Below are positions 13,116-26,132 of a stretch of DNA of 64,000 nt, piece by piece (position 1 is the stretch's first letter; the number at the start of each line of letters is the position of its first letter). The stretch is from positions 16,246,001-16,310,000 of the forward strand of contig CM075987.1 of the NCBI GenBank assembly GCA_038087875.1. Direction: 5' to 3'. This DNA is from Malacoraja senta. Lineage: Eukaryota. A program made the position numbers and the translations under genes. Under the pieces are notes generated by a model. The model was not told the origin of the DNA. It made no database searches and saw only the letters and a program-made list of their open reading frames with translations.

Positions 13116-15556
13116 AGCAACAAAAAGCTTTTCACTGTACATGATAATAATAAATTAAACTAAGACTAAACTAAACTAAGATGGGACTAGCCCAGTACGA
13201 CAACTTGTTCGGCATGGACAAGTTGGACCAAAAGATCTGTTGAATGAATCTAGTTGACATGAACTTCCATGGCTTTCCCTTACCGTAGTTGACAGAACCC
13301 TGCCTACATTTTATCTATCTCCCAACACTCTGCTCTCACTCCCTCTCTAATTATTTTATAAGTATATAAAATTATGAGATGCATAGATGAGGTAGACCGT
13401 CAGAGCCTTTTTCCCAGGGTGGAAATGTAAAAGACTAAGGGGGCTTAGCTTCAAGGTTGATGCACGTCCCACAGCATTGAAATTCACAACTCCAGGTCAC
13501 GTTAAGGGACCTGCTTCAGATTGATTGGAGCCTGAAGAAGAGTCCTGACCCAAATGTCATCTGTCCGTTCCCTCCATCGATGCTGCCTGACCCGCTGAGT
13601 TCCTCCAGCACTTAAGTGTTTTGCTCAAGGTTCCTGCCATCCACAGTTCTTTGTTTTCTGTTGGCCTGGGACAGCTGCTGCCTGACCTGCTGGATGTTTC
13701 CAGCATTTCTCCATTCATTTCAGATATCCGGCATCTGCAGTCTGAGTTCCCTTTAATATTACAGTCACTTAAAATCCTGCATCATTCAGTGAATGTCCAT
13801 AGACACCCACACAATCACATTGATACAATTGACAGTAGACCATTTTGTAGGCATTTGGAAGAATGGTAAGATTAATCTTTAAAGGAGTAGAAATGTTACA
13901 GAAGATGGGACCAAAAAAATGTGTCTCTGGTGTTATTTATCCAGCTTGTTTTGGCCAGATATCGTACTTTGTTCCCACGTTTCTTCCTAGTATTTATTGC
14001 CAATGTAATTATTTATGGATACAGTTAAATTACATTATTTTACAATGGCAATAGCCCATTTCATTAAAAAAAAAATTCACAGCTCAAATAAAACGAAAAG
14101 AGACCAGTTTGACACAAACACATTTGCTTTTCATCTGATAAAATCAGTCACTATCATTTCTCGGTTCAATTTCTTGCGAGTGGCTGAAATAACATTCATA
14201 CCATTGAAGCGGAGAAGCTGGTCATCAGAATGACTGCAGCAAATGATTTAATTTGAGATTGCGTGGCAGTCAGTGACAAGAATCAGGCAAAAATATATTA
14301 AACAGTGAACTTCACAGAAATGCGAGATGAGCTAAAAAGAACCAGCAGAGCAGCACAATGGAGAGATTTCACAATGTTGGCATCCATTGGTGACCTTAGT
14401 GAATAGTTTAGTTTATTTATTGCCATGTGTACTGGCATGCAGTGTAAAGCTTGTTCTGCATGCTATCCATGAAATCACACCATACATGAGTACCATGGAC
14501 CAGCTTCTAGACCAGCACACAGAGAATCGCCATATCCCAACATCATCATGCAACTTCCAAGACTCTGAAAAGTCTGATCTTGGCCCAAGGAGATGTGCAG
14601 TTTCTTGTTTTCACACTTTAGCACCCAGTGTCCTGGCGGCACTGGATTGATGAGGTAGTTGAAATAGATACAATAACAACATTTAAAAGGCATTTTGGCA
14701 GGTACATGGATCAAAAAGATATGGGCTTAGAAGAGGCGCCTTGGTGAGCATGGACAAGTTGGGCTGAAGGACCTGTTTCAATGCTGCATGACTCCATGGT
14801 ACAACCTGAAAACAAAAGCTAACATCCTAAAAATTAGAAAATAATTCTGGCTTTTAGTAGAGCCTTTCACTGCTTCAAGGGAGCAAATAAATTACTTTGT
14901 TATATGACATTAGATTTCAGGCTTTCCATCAACGCACTAGAATCTGATGGCATCGATGGTTCAATGGTGATGGTCAACTGGAGTGGGCCGGGATGATGTA
15001 CCAGTAGGACAATGGCCAATGCAATCAGTACAAGTGGATTAAATCAACAATTTGGTGATACAATGGTATTGAGAAGAAATTCAAGTTATTTTGACACACA
15101 CTCAGTCATGGTCATGGGACTAACCCACACTCCAGAGACTTGGCCTAATTCAAACCCCAGTGTGATATTAAGGTAGCACTGTTGTATGTGACCAGATAAT
15201 ATCCCCAGGCTTCCTCAGGTCAAAGGCAAAGCAGCCAGGGTAGTCTTTAAACCAGTAAAATTTCCCAGTTTATTAAATCATGAGGGGAATAGATAGGATG
15301 CATACAGAGTCTTTTCCCCAGTGAAGTCAAGGACCAAATGGTTAGGATGAGAGAGGAACCTAATGGAACCTAAGGGCAACATTTTCACACCGAGGATGGC
15401 GAGTGTATGGAATGAGCTGCCAGAGGAGGTAATTGTGGCAGGTACTGTAACACCATTTAAAAGACATTTGGATAGGTACATGGATATGAACAGTTTAGAG
15501 GGATATGGGCCAAATGCAGGCAAATGGGACAGAAGTGTCCAGTTCCCCCAGTACTT

Positions 15557-15766
15557 GTGTAGGAAGGATCCGCAGATGCTGGTTTAAACCGAAGATAGAC
15601 ACAAAAAGCTGAATAACTCAATGGGACAGGCAGCATCTCTGGAGAGAAGGAATGGATGACGTTTCGGGTCGAGGTCTGAAGAAGGGTCTCAACCCGAAAC
15701 ATCACCCATTCCTTCTCTCCAGAGATGCTGCCTGTCCCACTGAGTTACTCCAGCTTTATGTGTCTA
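15557..15766 (-). mobile_element. PLE-derived fold-back element
   Basis: Two inverted arms; TSD TCCCCCAGTACTT at 15544-15556 and 15767-15779. Confidence 0.85.
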
Positions 15767-16887
15767 TCCCCCAGTACTTTGTCTTTTGCTCAAGATTCCA
15801 GCAGCTGCATGTTCCTTGTGCGTCAAATAAATTGATGGATCAACCAACATTGATTTCCCTGCTCTAAGACATTATTATGCCAACTTGAATAGTCTGAAGT
15901 ATTTTGATTGAAGTGAGAGGAATGACCTTGTTTCCTCTATCTGCACAGCAATTCACAATACCATTCAATGATATGAAAGGGACCTTAACATACAACTGAA
16001 GTGGCAGTATGATTAGATAAGATGGTGAAGTAACATATGGGATAGTGTTTTCATTAGCTGGGAGGTAGAATAAAGCAGGGAGTAAAGCAGGAGTTTGGTA
16101 CAACTTTATAGAACGTTTCTTGAGCCATGGCGGCTGTACTGCGTGCCGTTCCGATCACCACGCTGGAGGAAGGACATGATTTTATGGGAGAATGTGCAGA
16201 GATTCATCAGGCAGTTGCCTACATTAGAACATTTCATTTACTAGGAGGGACAGGGTAGGCTGGGTTTATTTTCTTTGGAGTGGAGGAGGTTGAGGAAGGA
16301 ACAAATGCAAGTAATGCATTTATTTTCCCCATAGCTGAGGTATCTGAAATTAAATGGCATAGGCTTAGACAGAGTGATTAGATAGGTTGTCACCTGAAAC
16401 ATGCTGCCCGTGCGGGTGGTGGAAATGGAGACTCACAAGATTTGTGAATGATCAAGATAAGCGCCTGAACTGTTAGCACTTAGAAGGCTACAGACCAAGT
16501 GCAGGTGAAGGAGATGTAGGTGGAAAGATTTCCATAGAAAGGTTGGTGGGTTTACGGGATGAGCTGCTGCAGGGAATAGTTGAGGCACTTGCACTTAGAA
16601 AGTTTAAAGGACATGTGGACAGGAACATAAATAGGAAAGGTTTAGTGGGATATGGGCCAAATGCAGGCACGTGCAATTAGTGTAGGTAGGCACCTTTTCT
16701 TTACCGATACAAGTATTTTATTTGAAAAGTTATGCATTACAGCAAGAACTATCACTATTCAGCAACATTTAGCAATGACCTAATTAAGCAACAAACTAGA
16801 GACAGTAGCATCAGCAAAATGCTGCTTATAATATAGGCATCTTGGTCAGCATGGGATGAAGGGTCAGTTTCCATGTTGTGTAACTCT

Positions 16888-17021
16888 ATCTTCTTCTTGC
16901 ATATGGTGTGCACAGCCCAAAGTTGTAGGTCAACATATTTGATCTATTTGTTTGTGCACGTCGGGTTGATTGCATTAGTCGAAACAGGGTGGACCATGTG
17001 AAGGTTGCAATCTCCCACCCC
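16888..17021 (-). mobile_element. 134-bp short retroposon with (AGA)n tail
   Basis: TSD GTGTAACTCT at 16878-16887 and 17022-17031; minus strand ends CAAGAAGAAGAT; no tRNA head recognised. Confidence 0.6.
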
Positions 17022-19537
17022 GTGTAACTCTGTGAATCAATAAAATTGCTGTCAGAATTTGTCTGCACTGTGCTAAAATGCAGCATTAAACAATTGCTGT
17101 TATATTTGCATGGTGAATTGGAGAGCTGGATGGCATCTTTCTTGCAGTTTGAGGAATGGTCCTGACCTGAAATGTCATCTGTCCATTTCCCTCCACTGCT
17201 GGCTGCCTGACCTGGCGAGTTCATCCAGCAGTTTGTGTTTTGCTCAAGAATCCAGCATCTGCCGGCTTTTGCGTCTTCATCTTTTCTTGTTTGTTCATCT
17301 GTTTTGAGAAAGGGTAGATTTCAAGAGAGAAGGAAGCAAAAGAGTATGTTGTTAGGATAAGATGAAGATGTTTCAGAGAAAGCTTCTGTCGAGCATAGAC
17401 AGCAGCAAGGAGCCTTTTCCTGTGGTCTCAGTACAATTTGAGCTGATGGTGGAAGTAAGAGGCAGAAAGTGGTTGACAGTAACAGCTCGGAGTAACAGCT
17501 CGGATTGAAGATCTTCTCAACGTTAGTTAGCGTTTGTGTTTGCTTGAATGAGCAGCACATCATGTTGCTCAGCCTGCAGCTTCAAAAGCTTGTCTTCCCC
17601 AAATCATTTCAGATTGCTTGACAAAGTGAAGAAGCAATTTACCAGGATCAGAGAGTACTAGCTATAAGGGAAGGTTGGAGAAGCTTAGATTGTTTTCTCT
17701 GGAATATTGGGGGCTAGGAGGAGAAGTGATAACATTGTCAGAGGCATCGAAAGGTGTAGACAGTCAGAACCCTTTTCCCCAGGGTGAAAATGTCAACGAC
17801 TACAGGGCATGGCTTTAAGATGAGTGGGGGGCAAAGTTTACAGCAGATGTGCGGACAAGTGTTTTACACGGAGAGTGGTGGGTGAATGAAACGTGCTACC
17901 AGGAGAGGTGGTGGAAGCAGATAGGTTATTGGTATTCAAGAGGCTTTCAGATAGATATGTGGACACGCAGGGAATGGAGAAATAAGGATCACCGGCCGGC
18001 AGATTAGATTAGCATATCCTCGCATTAGGTTTGACATAGACATTGAGGGCAGATGGGCCTTTTCCTATCCTGTCCTATGTTCTATGTAATGAACTGTGCA
18101 GCATCTTGTCAGTACAACCAGGGTCTATGAGGAAGAAATGTAATTGCAGCCCCTGGTGTACCATCCAACTTAGATTTATTCAGGCGAATAAGCTGTGAGT
18201 AATTTTTGCCTACAACATTGCTGGAAGCTAATCAAACTCTGCGAGGAACAAAAGGGTATCTTGATTAATGAAGAAGGCTTAATGTGTCTCCATAGTCAAT
18301 AAGATTAAAGAATTAAAAAATAAACAGTGGAAGGAATAAAACTTGTGGGCGAATGCAATGTCAAATCAGAAAGCAAAATAGAGAAGGTGCAGACACAGAA
18401 GAATGCAGACAAGAGCCGTAGACTCATATCCTCCTCTCCACCAAAGATGCGTCAGGGTGTCAGGGGTCATGGGGCGAAGGCAGGAGAATGGGGTTGAGAG
18501 GGAAAGATAGATCAGTCATGATTGAATGGCGGAGTCGACTTGATGGGCCAAATGGCCTAATTCTGCTCCTAGAACTTATGAACATGAACCAAAGCTCCTC
18601 AAGCACACCAGGCCCTGGATGATCAGTCTGCTCCAGATTCTCATAGAGGGATACACCAAGGAATCAGGCCCATCATGTCCATACTGAGCATCAACCCTCC
18701 CATCTTTATACTCACCACTCACACTCATCAGTCTGAAGAAAGGTCTCGACCCGAAACGTCACCCATTCAAACATCACCCACCCATCTCCAGAGATGCTGC
18801 CTGTCCTGCTGAGTTACTCCAGTCTACTCACTGGATGCTTCTTCCTGATTAACCACTGAATTTATGGCTAATTTTCTCATCACGTCTCAAGTAATAGCTA
18901 CATCTGGGTGAAATCTTTCTGCCGAACTTTCCTTCTTACTCTTCACCGCTTCTCTCTAAACCTGTATCTCTCCAATCTGATCCCTTCCTTCCAGAGAACA
19001 ATTCATCATGATTACATTTCCTTCATAATATTGAACATACTGACTCCCATGTTTAAATAATCCACTCTGAGGGCCCTCAAGCATCAGAAATAATTTTCTG
19101 CTATCTGATCTTCCATTATTTTGGAAACTTCCATCAGATCTCACCTTACTCTGTTAAACGTCAGGGCACTCGGCATCCCTGGAAACTTTCTGTATGTTAT
19201 CGAGAGCTCCTGGTAATTTATGGGAGTTTTTGCTGGGGGGTTGCATGTGAGATCTTTCAGATCCTAAGCCCGATGAGCATGCACAGTACCAACTGCAACA
19301 TGCGCTACTGCACAGCATTGACTGCACATGCACTTGCAACATGTGTTGCTGTGCAATGTTGGCTGCAATGCACCACTTACAGCATGCACTTCTGTGCAAT
19401 GTTGCCAATATACAGACCACTTGCAACATGTATAGGAAGCTGATCAGTAACCTTTTCACACTGATGATAAGGGCTATATGGAACAAGCTGCCTGAGGAGG
19501 TAGTTGAGGCAGGTACAATAACAGCATTTAAAAGACA

Positions 19538-19850
19538 GGGCGGCACAGTGGTGCAGCGGTAGAGCTGCTGCCTCACAGCGCCAGAGATCCGGGTTTGATC
19601 ACGACCATGGGTGCCGTCTGTGTGGAGTTTGTACGTTCTCCCTGTGACCATATGTGTTCTCCCTGTGACCATGTCGGTTTCCTCCCACATTCCAAAGATG
19701 TACATGTTTGTAGGTTAATGGGCCACTGTAAATTGTCCCTAGTATGTCGGATTCGAAAGTGGGAGAACATTGAACTAGTATATGGGTGATCAATGGTCGG
19801 ATTGGACTCAGTGGGCTGAAGGGCTGTTAGCACGCTGTATCCCTAAATTT
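19538..19850 (+). mobile_element. HE1-like V-SINE inserted in a CR1 3' fragment
   Basis: Head GGGCGGCACAGTGGTGCAGCGGTAGAGCTGCTGCCTCACAGCGCCAGAGA with B-box-like GGTTTGATC, V-domain and LINE tail. Confidence 0.88.
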
Positions 19851-21404
19851 TATAACTAAACACTTGGACAGATACATGGTTGGGAAAGATTTAGAGGGAT
19901 ATGGGCCAAACGGGGGCAAATGGAATGAGCTTAGATGATGGCCTCTTGGTCAGCATGGATGAGTTGGGCCGACGGTTCCATGCTGTGTCACTTTATAACA
20001 TTATATTTTGAATCTTCATGGTGTGTATGAGGAATGACATTATCATCCTTTATCTGTAAAACATTAGCCTATTGCTTCAGCGGTCTTCCCCCGCTGTCAG
20101 AACGCTGCATATTTATCTTGTTGAACCCTGTGATCCAACGTGACATGTTGCATGATATTCCAGCGCAGTATCGATCCACTGTGAAATCCAGGTTCTTGCC
20201 ACAGAAACGATTTTGACATTTGTGATCCATTTGTTCAGTCTGAGAGGGATTACAAACTTCCACCATGGAGCTTTAATGCTTGTTTTAAAACGACTGCTGC
20301 ATTTACACAAACAGATGGTGTCCTGCATGGATTTGCCCTACTTTACCAGCCCCTCTAAAGCCGCTACAATCTGATTTTGTTTGTTGTTAAACTGACAGCA
20401 TTTTGCTACGTCAGTCGCTCCAAGCAAAGGATATTTTGAAAGGCAGAGACAGATAGATTCATGATTAATGTGGGCGTCAGTAGTAGACCATTCGGCCCTT
20501 CGAGCCAGCACCACCATTCAATATGATCATGGCTGATATTCTGAAATCAGTACCCCGTTCCTGTTTTTCACCATATCACTGATTTCTTTAGTCACTAAGA
20601 GCTAAATCTAACTTGAGAACATCCTGTGAATTGGCCTCCACTTGCCTTCTGTGGCAGAGAATTCCACAGATTCAGCAATTGTAAGTAGTTGCTTAAAAAA
20701 ATTAAATTTTTATTCAGTTTACATCTGGAGTGAGGCTCCATCTGCTGGACAGTTAAATATTTATTTTGTATGATCTGAACCCCATATTAGTCACTGCTAA
20801 ACTCCCCAGTGCTCAAGTCCCCAGTCATGCTTCAAGCATATTTGTTAGCTGTAGGCAACCAGAAGCAAGACCTGGGCTCCTAAGATTCAGGTGTTAAGGA
20901 AGAACATCTGTAGCTGAGCAATCCACAGATAACAGGACACCTCTATCCATCAAACCCCACACCTGACTGCCCCTCAGATGCCAGGACATACTTCCCCACC
21001 GAACCACAAACCTTAATGTCCCCAGAAGTCCCAAATCTCACCTTCCTCCTGCCAGAGACCACAAATCTCACATCCCTGCGATCTTCAAAACCCACTGTTG
21101 TACAGACCCCCAAACTCACTGCTGCAAAGGGTCCCAAAAGCTTACTGCACCCAGGAGACCTGCAACCTCACTACCACTCTGACCCCAAAATTCATTGTCC
21201 TCCAGAGACTTCGAACATACAGGCCCCAGACACCCGAAATGTTGCCCCACAACCCCAAACACAGTCTCCAGTGGACCCAAACATCAATGTCCCCAGTTTC
21301 CAAAATATAAAATCTTTCAAACTCTCGAACTCACTGCCCAGACCTTTCAAACACTGGCCCATGGACCTCAAAATATACTGTCCTTTGGAGCTCAAAACAC
21401 ACCT

Positions 21405-21634
21405 GTGTAAGAAGGAACTGCAGATGCTGGTTTAAACCGAAGATAGACATAAAAAAGCTGGAGTAACTCAGCAGGACAGGCAGCATCTCTGGAGAGAAGG
21501 AATGGGTGACGTTTCGGGTCGAGACCCTTCTTCAGGCTTCTTCTTCTGAAGGCCTCGATCCCGAAACATCATCCATTTCTTCTCTCCAGAGATGCTGCCT
21601 GTCCCGCTGAGTTACTCCAGCTCTTTGTGTCTAT
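21405..21634 (-). mobile_element. PLE-derived fold-back element with intact hammerhead core
   Basis: TSD CTCAAAACACACCT at 21391-21404 and 21635-21648; inverted arms. Confidence 0.88.
21508..21535 (-). ncRNA. Minimal hammerhead ribozyme core (PLE type)
   Basis: Minus strand CUGAAGA-A-GGGU[CUCG]ACCC-GAAA-CGUC. Confidence 0.7.
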
Positions 21635-21920
21635 CTCAAAACACACCTCTCTGAACCCCAAATCATTTGTAAACTTCACTGTCCCTGGCTCCAAAATAGA
21701 TTCAGATTCTGATTAGTTTATTATATACACCAGGGCTGCAATCAAACACCTTGTGTACATGAAGCTCATGGAGTAAACAGTATACGTGCATTAATGACTA
21801 TAACTATACATACAAGCACGAGTAGAAAGCAGCAAAATGGTGCGAGGTTGTCGTGCAATCTGAAGCAGTGTGAAATAATATTAAAGTTCAATAACAGAAT
21901 GATGTAGAGTTAAGAGTTAA

Positions 21921-22607
21921 GGGCCTGTCCCACTTACGTGTCCTTGGCACGCAAATTACGCGACCTCGTGGTCGCGTTGAGGGCGTCGTATGGCTGCGCG
22001 GGGCCGGTCCCACTGAGAAGCGCGGAGGGGTTTGGAGTTGTGCGCAATATTGCGCGGGGCTCCGAAATTTTTGTAGTGAACAAAATCTTCGCACGCCAAC
22101 GGCCTGTCGCGTAACTGACGGCCAAAGTGGGACAGGCCCAAGACCCTGGCGCGACGCAACGTCTCACCTCCAACAGCAGCAGAAGCAGGCAAACGATCGC
22201 CGAACTCGGCCTGGGGCTCACGGCCGTTGCGGATCCGGATCCGCCCCCACTTCTACTCCCAGAGCGGGGCCAAGAAAATTGAAGATGGACACAAAATGCT
22301 GGAGTAACTCAGCGGGACTGGCAGCATCTCTGGAGAGAAGCAATGGGTGACGTTTCGGGTCAAGAACCTTCTTTTCAGACTGAAGAAGAGTCTCGACACG
22401 AAACGTCACCCATTGCTTCTCTCCAGAGATGCTGCCAGTCCCGCTGAGTTACTCCAACTTTGTGTCCATCTTCAAATGGCGTCACGTGCTCCAGACGGCT
22501 GTGCGTACGCATGAAATCGCGCGCGACCTTCGCGGGACCGTCGCGGCTCAACGCGACCATAGGGTTGCGTGATTTGCGTGCCAAGGACACGTAAGTGGGA
22601 CAGGGGC
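21921..22607. mobile_element. CpG-rich MITE with ~61-bp TIRs flanked by TTAA (PIF/Harbinger- or Kolobok-like), carrying a PLE fold-back at 22279-22475
   Basis: TTAA-GGGCCTGTCCCACTTACGTGTCCTTGGCACGCAAAT... matches the reverse complement of 22547-22607, which is followed by TTAA. Confidence 0.85.
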
Positions 22608-22639
22608 TTAAGAGTACATGGCAGCACTTCCGGCAATTG

Positions 22640-23680
22640 GGTGTGAAAGAGGTGATTGGTTCAAGAATCTGATAACAACGCGAAAGAAACTGCTCTTAAA
22701 GTCTGAGGGTCTGGGTTTTCACCCTCCTGCATCTTCTCCCAGAGACAGAAGAGACAGAGGGAATGGCCAGGGTGTCAGGCCTCCTTGACGATACTTCCAG
22801 CCTGTTCGATGCAGCGCACCATGAAGATGGACTGGATGGAAGGAAGTGGTGAGCCTGTGATGGACTGGGCTGTGTCCAGCACTCTCTGCAGGTTCAGCCG
22901 GTCAAGAGAGGAGCAGTTGCCAGACCAGGCTGAGATGCATGGGACCTTCTATAACACATCTGCAGAAACCTGACAGAATCCTTGCAGACATGCCGCATCT
23001 TCTCAGACTGCAAAAAAAAGTAAATATGCTGATGCATTTCTCAATCACCACGTCAGTGTGAAGGAACAGGTTAGGTTGCTGGTGAAACGAATGGCTAGGA
23101 ACTTGACGCTGTTGACCATCTCTAAGCCGTCTACATTGATGAGGACAGGGTTGTGTTCACACCTCACTAACATAGGGCAATAACCAACCCTTTGATTTTG
23201 CTGACATTAAGGGCTTGGTTATTGTCCCGACACCATGACACAAGTTATTGGGCGGTAGTCATCGAGACTGGTTATGTTAGTTTTCTTGGGGACTGGAATG
23301 ATGGGGATTTCCTTGAAGCAGTTGAGAACAGTAGACTATTGAAGTGAGAGGTTGAAGATGTTAATAAAGACTGTGGTCAGTTGTTGGGCAACTTTACAAA
23401 CTATTCAGGGACTCCAGGCTTTTCATGCAGGGACTGTTTTTCAAAGGATCACCCTCACGGAACTGACTCATCTGACTTCTGCTGCTGAGATGTATGGGAC
23501 AGAACCAGTGGGGGACGTGCCTTGATGGAACTTTGTTTGCCTGTTCAAAATGGGCATTAAAGGCATTAAACTCATCTGATGAAGGTACGTTAAGCAGAGA
23601 ATGCCCCATGTTTTGGCTTGTAGCCGGCCATAGTATTCACACCCTGCAACCATTTCCTCGCATCTGCTTGACTGAATTGT
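22640..23680 (-). mobile_element. Degenerate Rex1/Babar-like LINE fragments
   Basis: Minus strand DEFNAF and INIFNLSL-like motifs plus a decayed 3' region; boundaries approximate. Confidence 0.55.
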
Positions 23681-24074
23681 ACCTCCACCTTGGAGGAAGA
23701 TGTGCAGAGCAAGTTTTTATTTACACAGAAAGTGGTGGGTGCCTGGAACGCAATGCCAGGGATGGTGGTGGAGGCAGATACCACAACGGTGTTTAAGAGG
23801 AATGTGGATATGCAGGGAGTGGAGGGATATGGATCACGTGCAGGCAGAGGAGATCAGTTTAACATGACATCATGCTTGGCATAGACATGGTGGGCTGAGG
23901 GGCACTTCCTGTGTTCCACTGTTCTATGTTCTCATTTACTCCCAACTCCCACTCAACCTCATGTTTTGTCCTTAACCCACAGCCACACAATCCACATCCA
24001 GCCATCTTACATCAGACCTCAGCTTGGGAAGAGAATGACAGGAAATTTAAAAAAAAGCCAGCCATAGATCCATA

Positions 24075-24617
24075 GCCTCCACAAAGACACACAGTTTATT
24101 TAAATAAAGGAGACTTTGATTACACTGATATGTCATTTTTGTATATGCCACAGGTCACTTTCAAAGCATAAATACAACTTTAGCATCAGATTTAATTTGT
24201 TTCACCATGAATATCATATACACACATTTCAAATCATATGCTTGTATACCAGATATTTACTGTATTAATATACACCATCACGGTTTCATTTAAACTAAAA
24301 CTCTACACAAAAGCATGACAGATTTATTTTATATCTCCCTGAAACACGTATGAACACACTGAGAACAGGCTCAACAAAACGGCTCTTACAGAGAGCAAGA
24401 GATAGTAAAAGAATTATACAGCAGGAACTCTATTCCCCAGATATGTGCAACATCAAAAATATGCAGACGCCAGCACACGTGATATATATATTTATATAGT
24501 TTCATTTCAGAATAGACAGAATGCGGAGGAGACTTGACGCACAGCAAGCTAAAACAGACTAGAGTTTCAAGGAGGGGCAAGAGGTTCCTTGGTCTCAGGG
24601 GCTGCCACTTAGATTGC
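24075..24617 (-). other. DNM1: Probable terminal (3'UTR) exon of DNM1
   Basis: Long pyrimidine tract plus TAG acceptor at 24620-24618. Unique AU-rich sequence. AATAAA (minus) at 24323-24328 and 24095-24100, the latter followed by GU-rich sequence. 3' end approximate. Confidence 0.5.
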
Positions 24618-24764
24618 CTAAAAAATATGGGAAAGAGAGAAGGGAGAGAGAAAGAGAGAGGAAAATAGTCAGGCCAGTCATGTTAGATTATGTTAAAGCA
24701 AGGCAAAGTGGAAAGTTTAAAAAAAATGAAGGGGCTTGGTAAGTTGTAAGATTACAGGGTGTCA

Positions 24765-25075
24765 CAGGGTAGTACAGCTGGTAGTGCCGCTGCCTCACAA
24801 CACCAGAGACCCAAGTTCGATCCTGACCTCGGGTGCTGTCTGTGTGGAGTTTGCATGTTCTCCCTGTGTCCGTGTGGGTTTCTCCTGGATGCTCCAGTTT
24901 CCTCTCATATCCCAAAGACGTGAGGGTTTGTCGATAAATATATTTCTGTAAATTGCCCTTAGTGTGCAGGAAGTAGATGAGAAAATATGATAATATAGAA
25001 CTAGTGTGAACAGGTGATCACTGGTGACTCGGTGGGTGGAGGGGCCTGTTCCCATGCTGTATCTCTCAGCTAAAC
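24765..25075 (+). mobile_element. HE1-like V-SINE
   Basis: tRNA-like head with GTTCGATCC, V-domain, tail GGCCTGTTCCCATGCTGTATCTCT. Confidence 0.88.
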
Positions 25076-26001
25076 AAAGAAAGTAAACAGAAATATTATA
25101 CATATAAAAGTACAGCACAGGTATAGGCCCTTTCCACAATGTCTTATTGGTGAGGATAATATGGCAAATTTGACATAAAGGATTATTTATGGAGAGATGA
25201 CATTTCTCCTCAGAATATTGTTTCCAAACACCAATGTCAGAGTGTGGGGAATAAAGGACATGGCCAATTTCAACATTGGACAGATGATTAGAAATACCAT
25301 GCACATGGCCATAACAAAGACCACTGCATTCCCATCCTACCCCCAGTCTCTCTGTCCCACCCTTGCTAGTCACCAATCCTCCCATATAATGCACCTAACA
25401 CTTGGCGTCTATTGGACTTGCCAGCACTGTGGACTCCCCCCCCCCCCTAGATGTGATGTCCAGTTGCTTTTATGGTTAGTAGCCACATCAGGGCCACACT
25501 GAAGCAGAAATGAGTAGAGTCTTACTTTGTTTTTAAAAATTAAATTGTACTTTGGGCAAAATCTCAGAGACAGTTTGCTTGAATCGGTTAAAAATAATTA
25601 AAGCAAAATCATAATTGGGCCTTTAAATAAGCAGGTGTCATAATTAAAATTTCACAAACACAGAAGTGAAGTGATGTGTTTTTAAAAACGATCTACCTGC
25701 TCCGTACGTGGAATATTAATTTAGACTGCACATTTATAAAGCTCTCCAGGCCTTTACTTAAGAGGATAAAAGAGATATTTGGAAGATCTTCTCCCACATC
25801 CCCAAAAGATGTGAGTTTGTAGCTAAATTGGCCTCTGTAAATTGCCCCCAGTATGTAGGGGGTGGATGTGAAAGTGGGAGAACATTGAACTAATGTGAAC
25901 GAATGCTTGATGGTCGAGGTGGACTTGGTGGGTTGAAGGGTTGTTTCCCTTCTGTGTCTTTCAATCACTTAGAAGGGGGCTCCTACATATTTATTCTTCA
26001 G

Positions 26002-26132
26002 GCCTGGGAGACCAGGCCGCCAATGAATCATGCCTAACTTGTTTAAAATTACTTTATTTATGGTAACAGTTATCAAAGGGGCTCTGGCTGGGTTCTGGGG
26101 GTCAGCCGGGATTATTTGAAGGAAATAAACAT
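26002..26132. repeat. ~130-bp non-coding segment, copy 1
   Basis: Near-identical direct copy at 28423-28552. Confidence 0.9.

Noticed and set aside
19538..19615. tRNA gene
   Set aside because: tRNA-like head of a SINE, continuing into the V-domain and LINE tail
20941..21400. 139-aa Pro/Thr-rich ORF 21016-21435
   Set aside because: C-rich low-complexity sequence running into a TE, with no domain or splice support
21405..21634. Fold-back elements as classical MITEs
   Set aside because: Arms are unequal, TSD length varies, and the sequence matches the PLE 3' end
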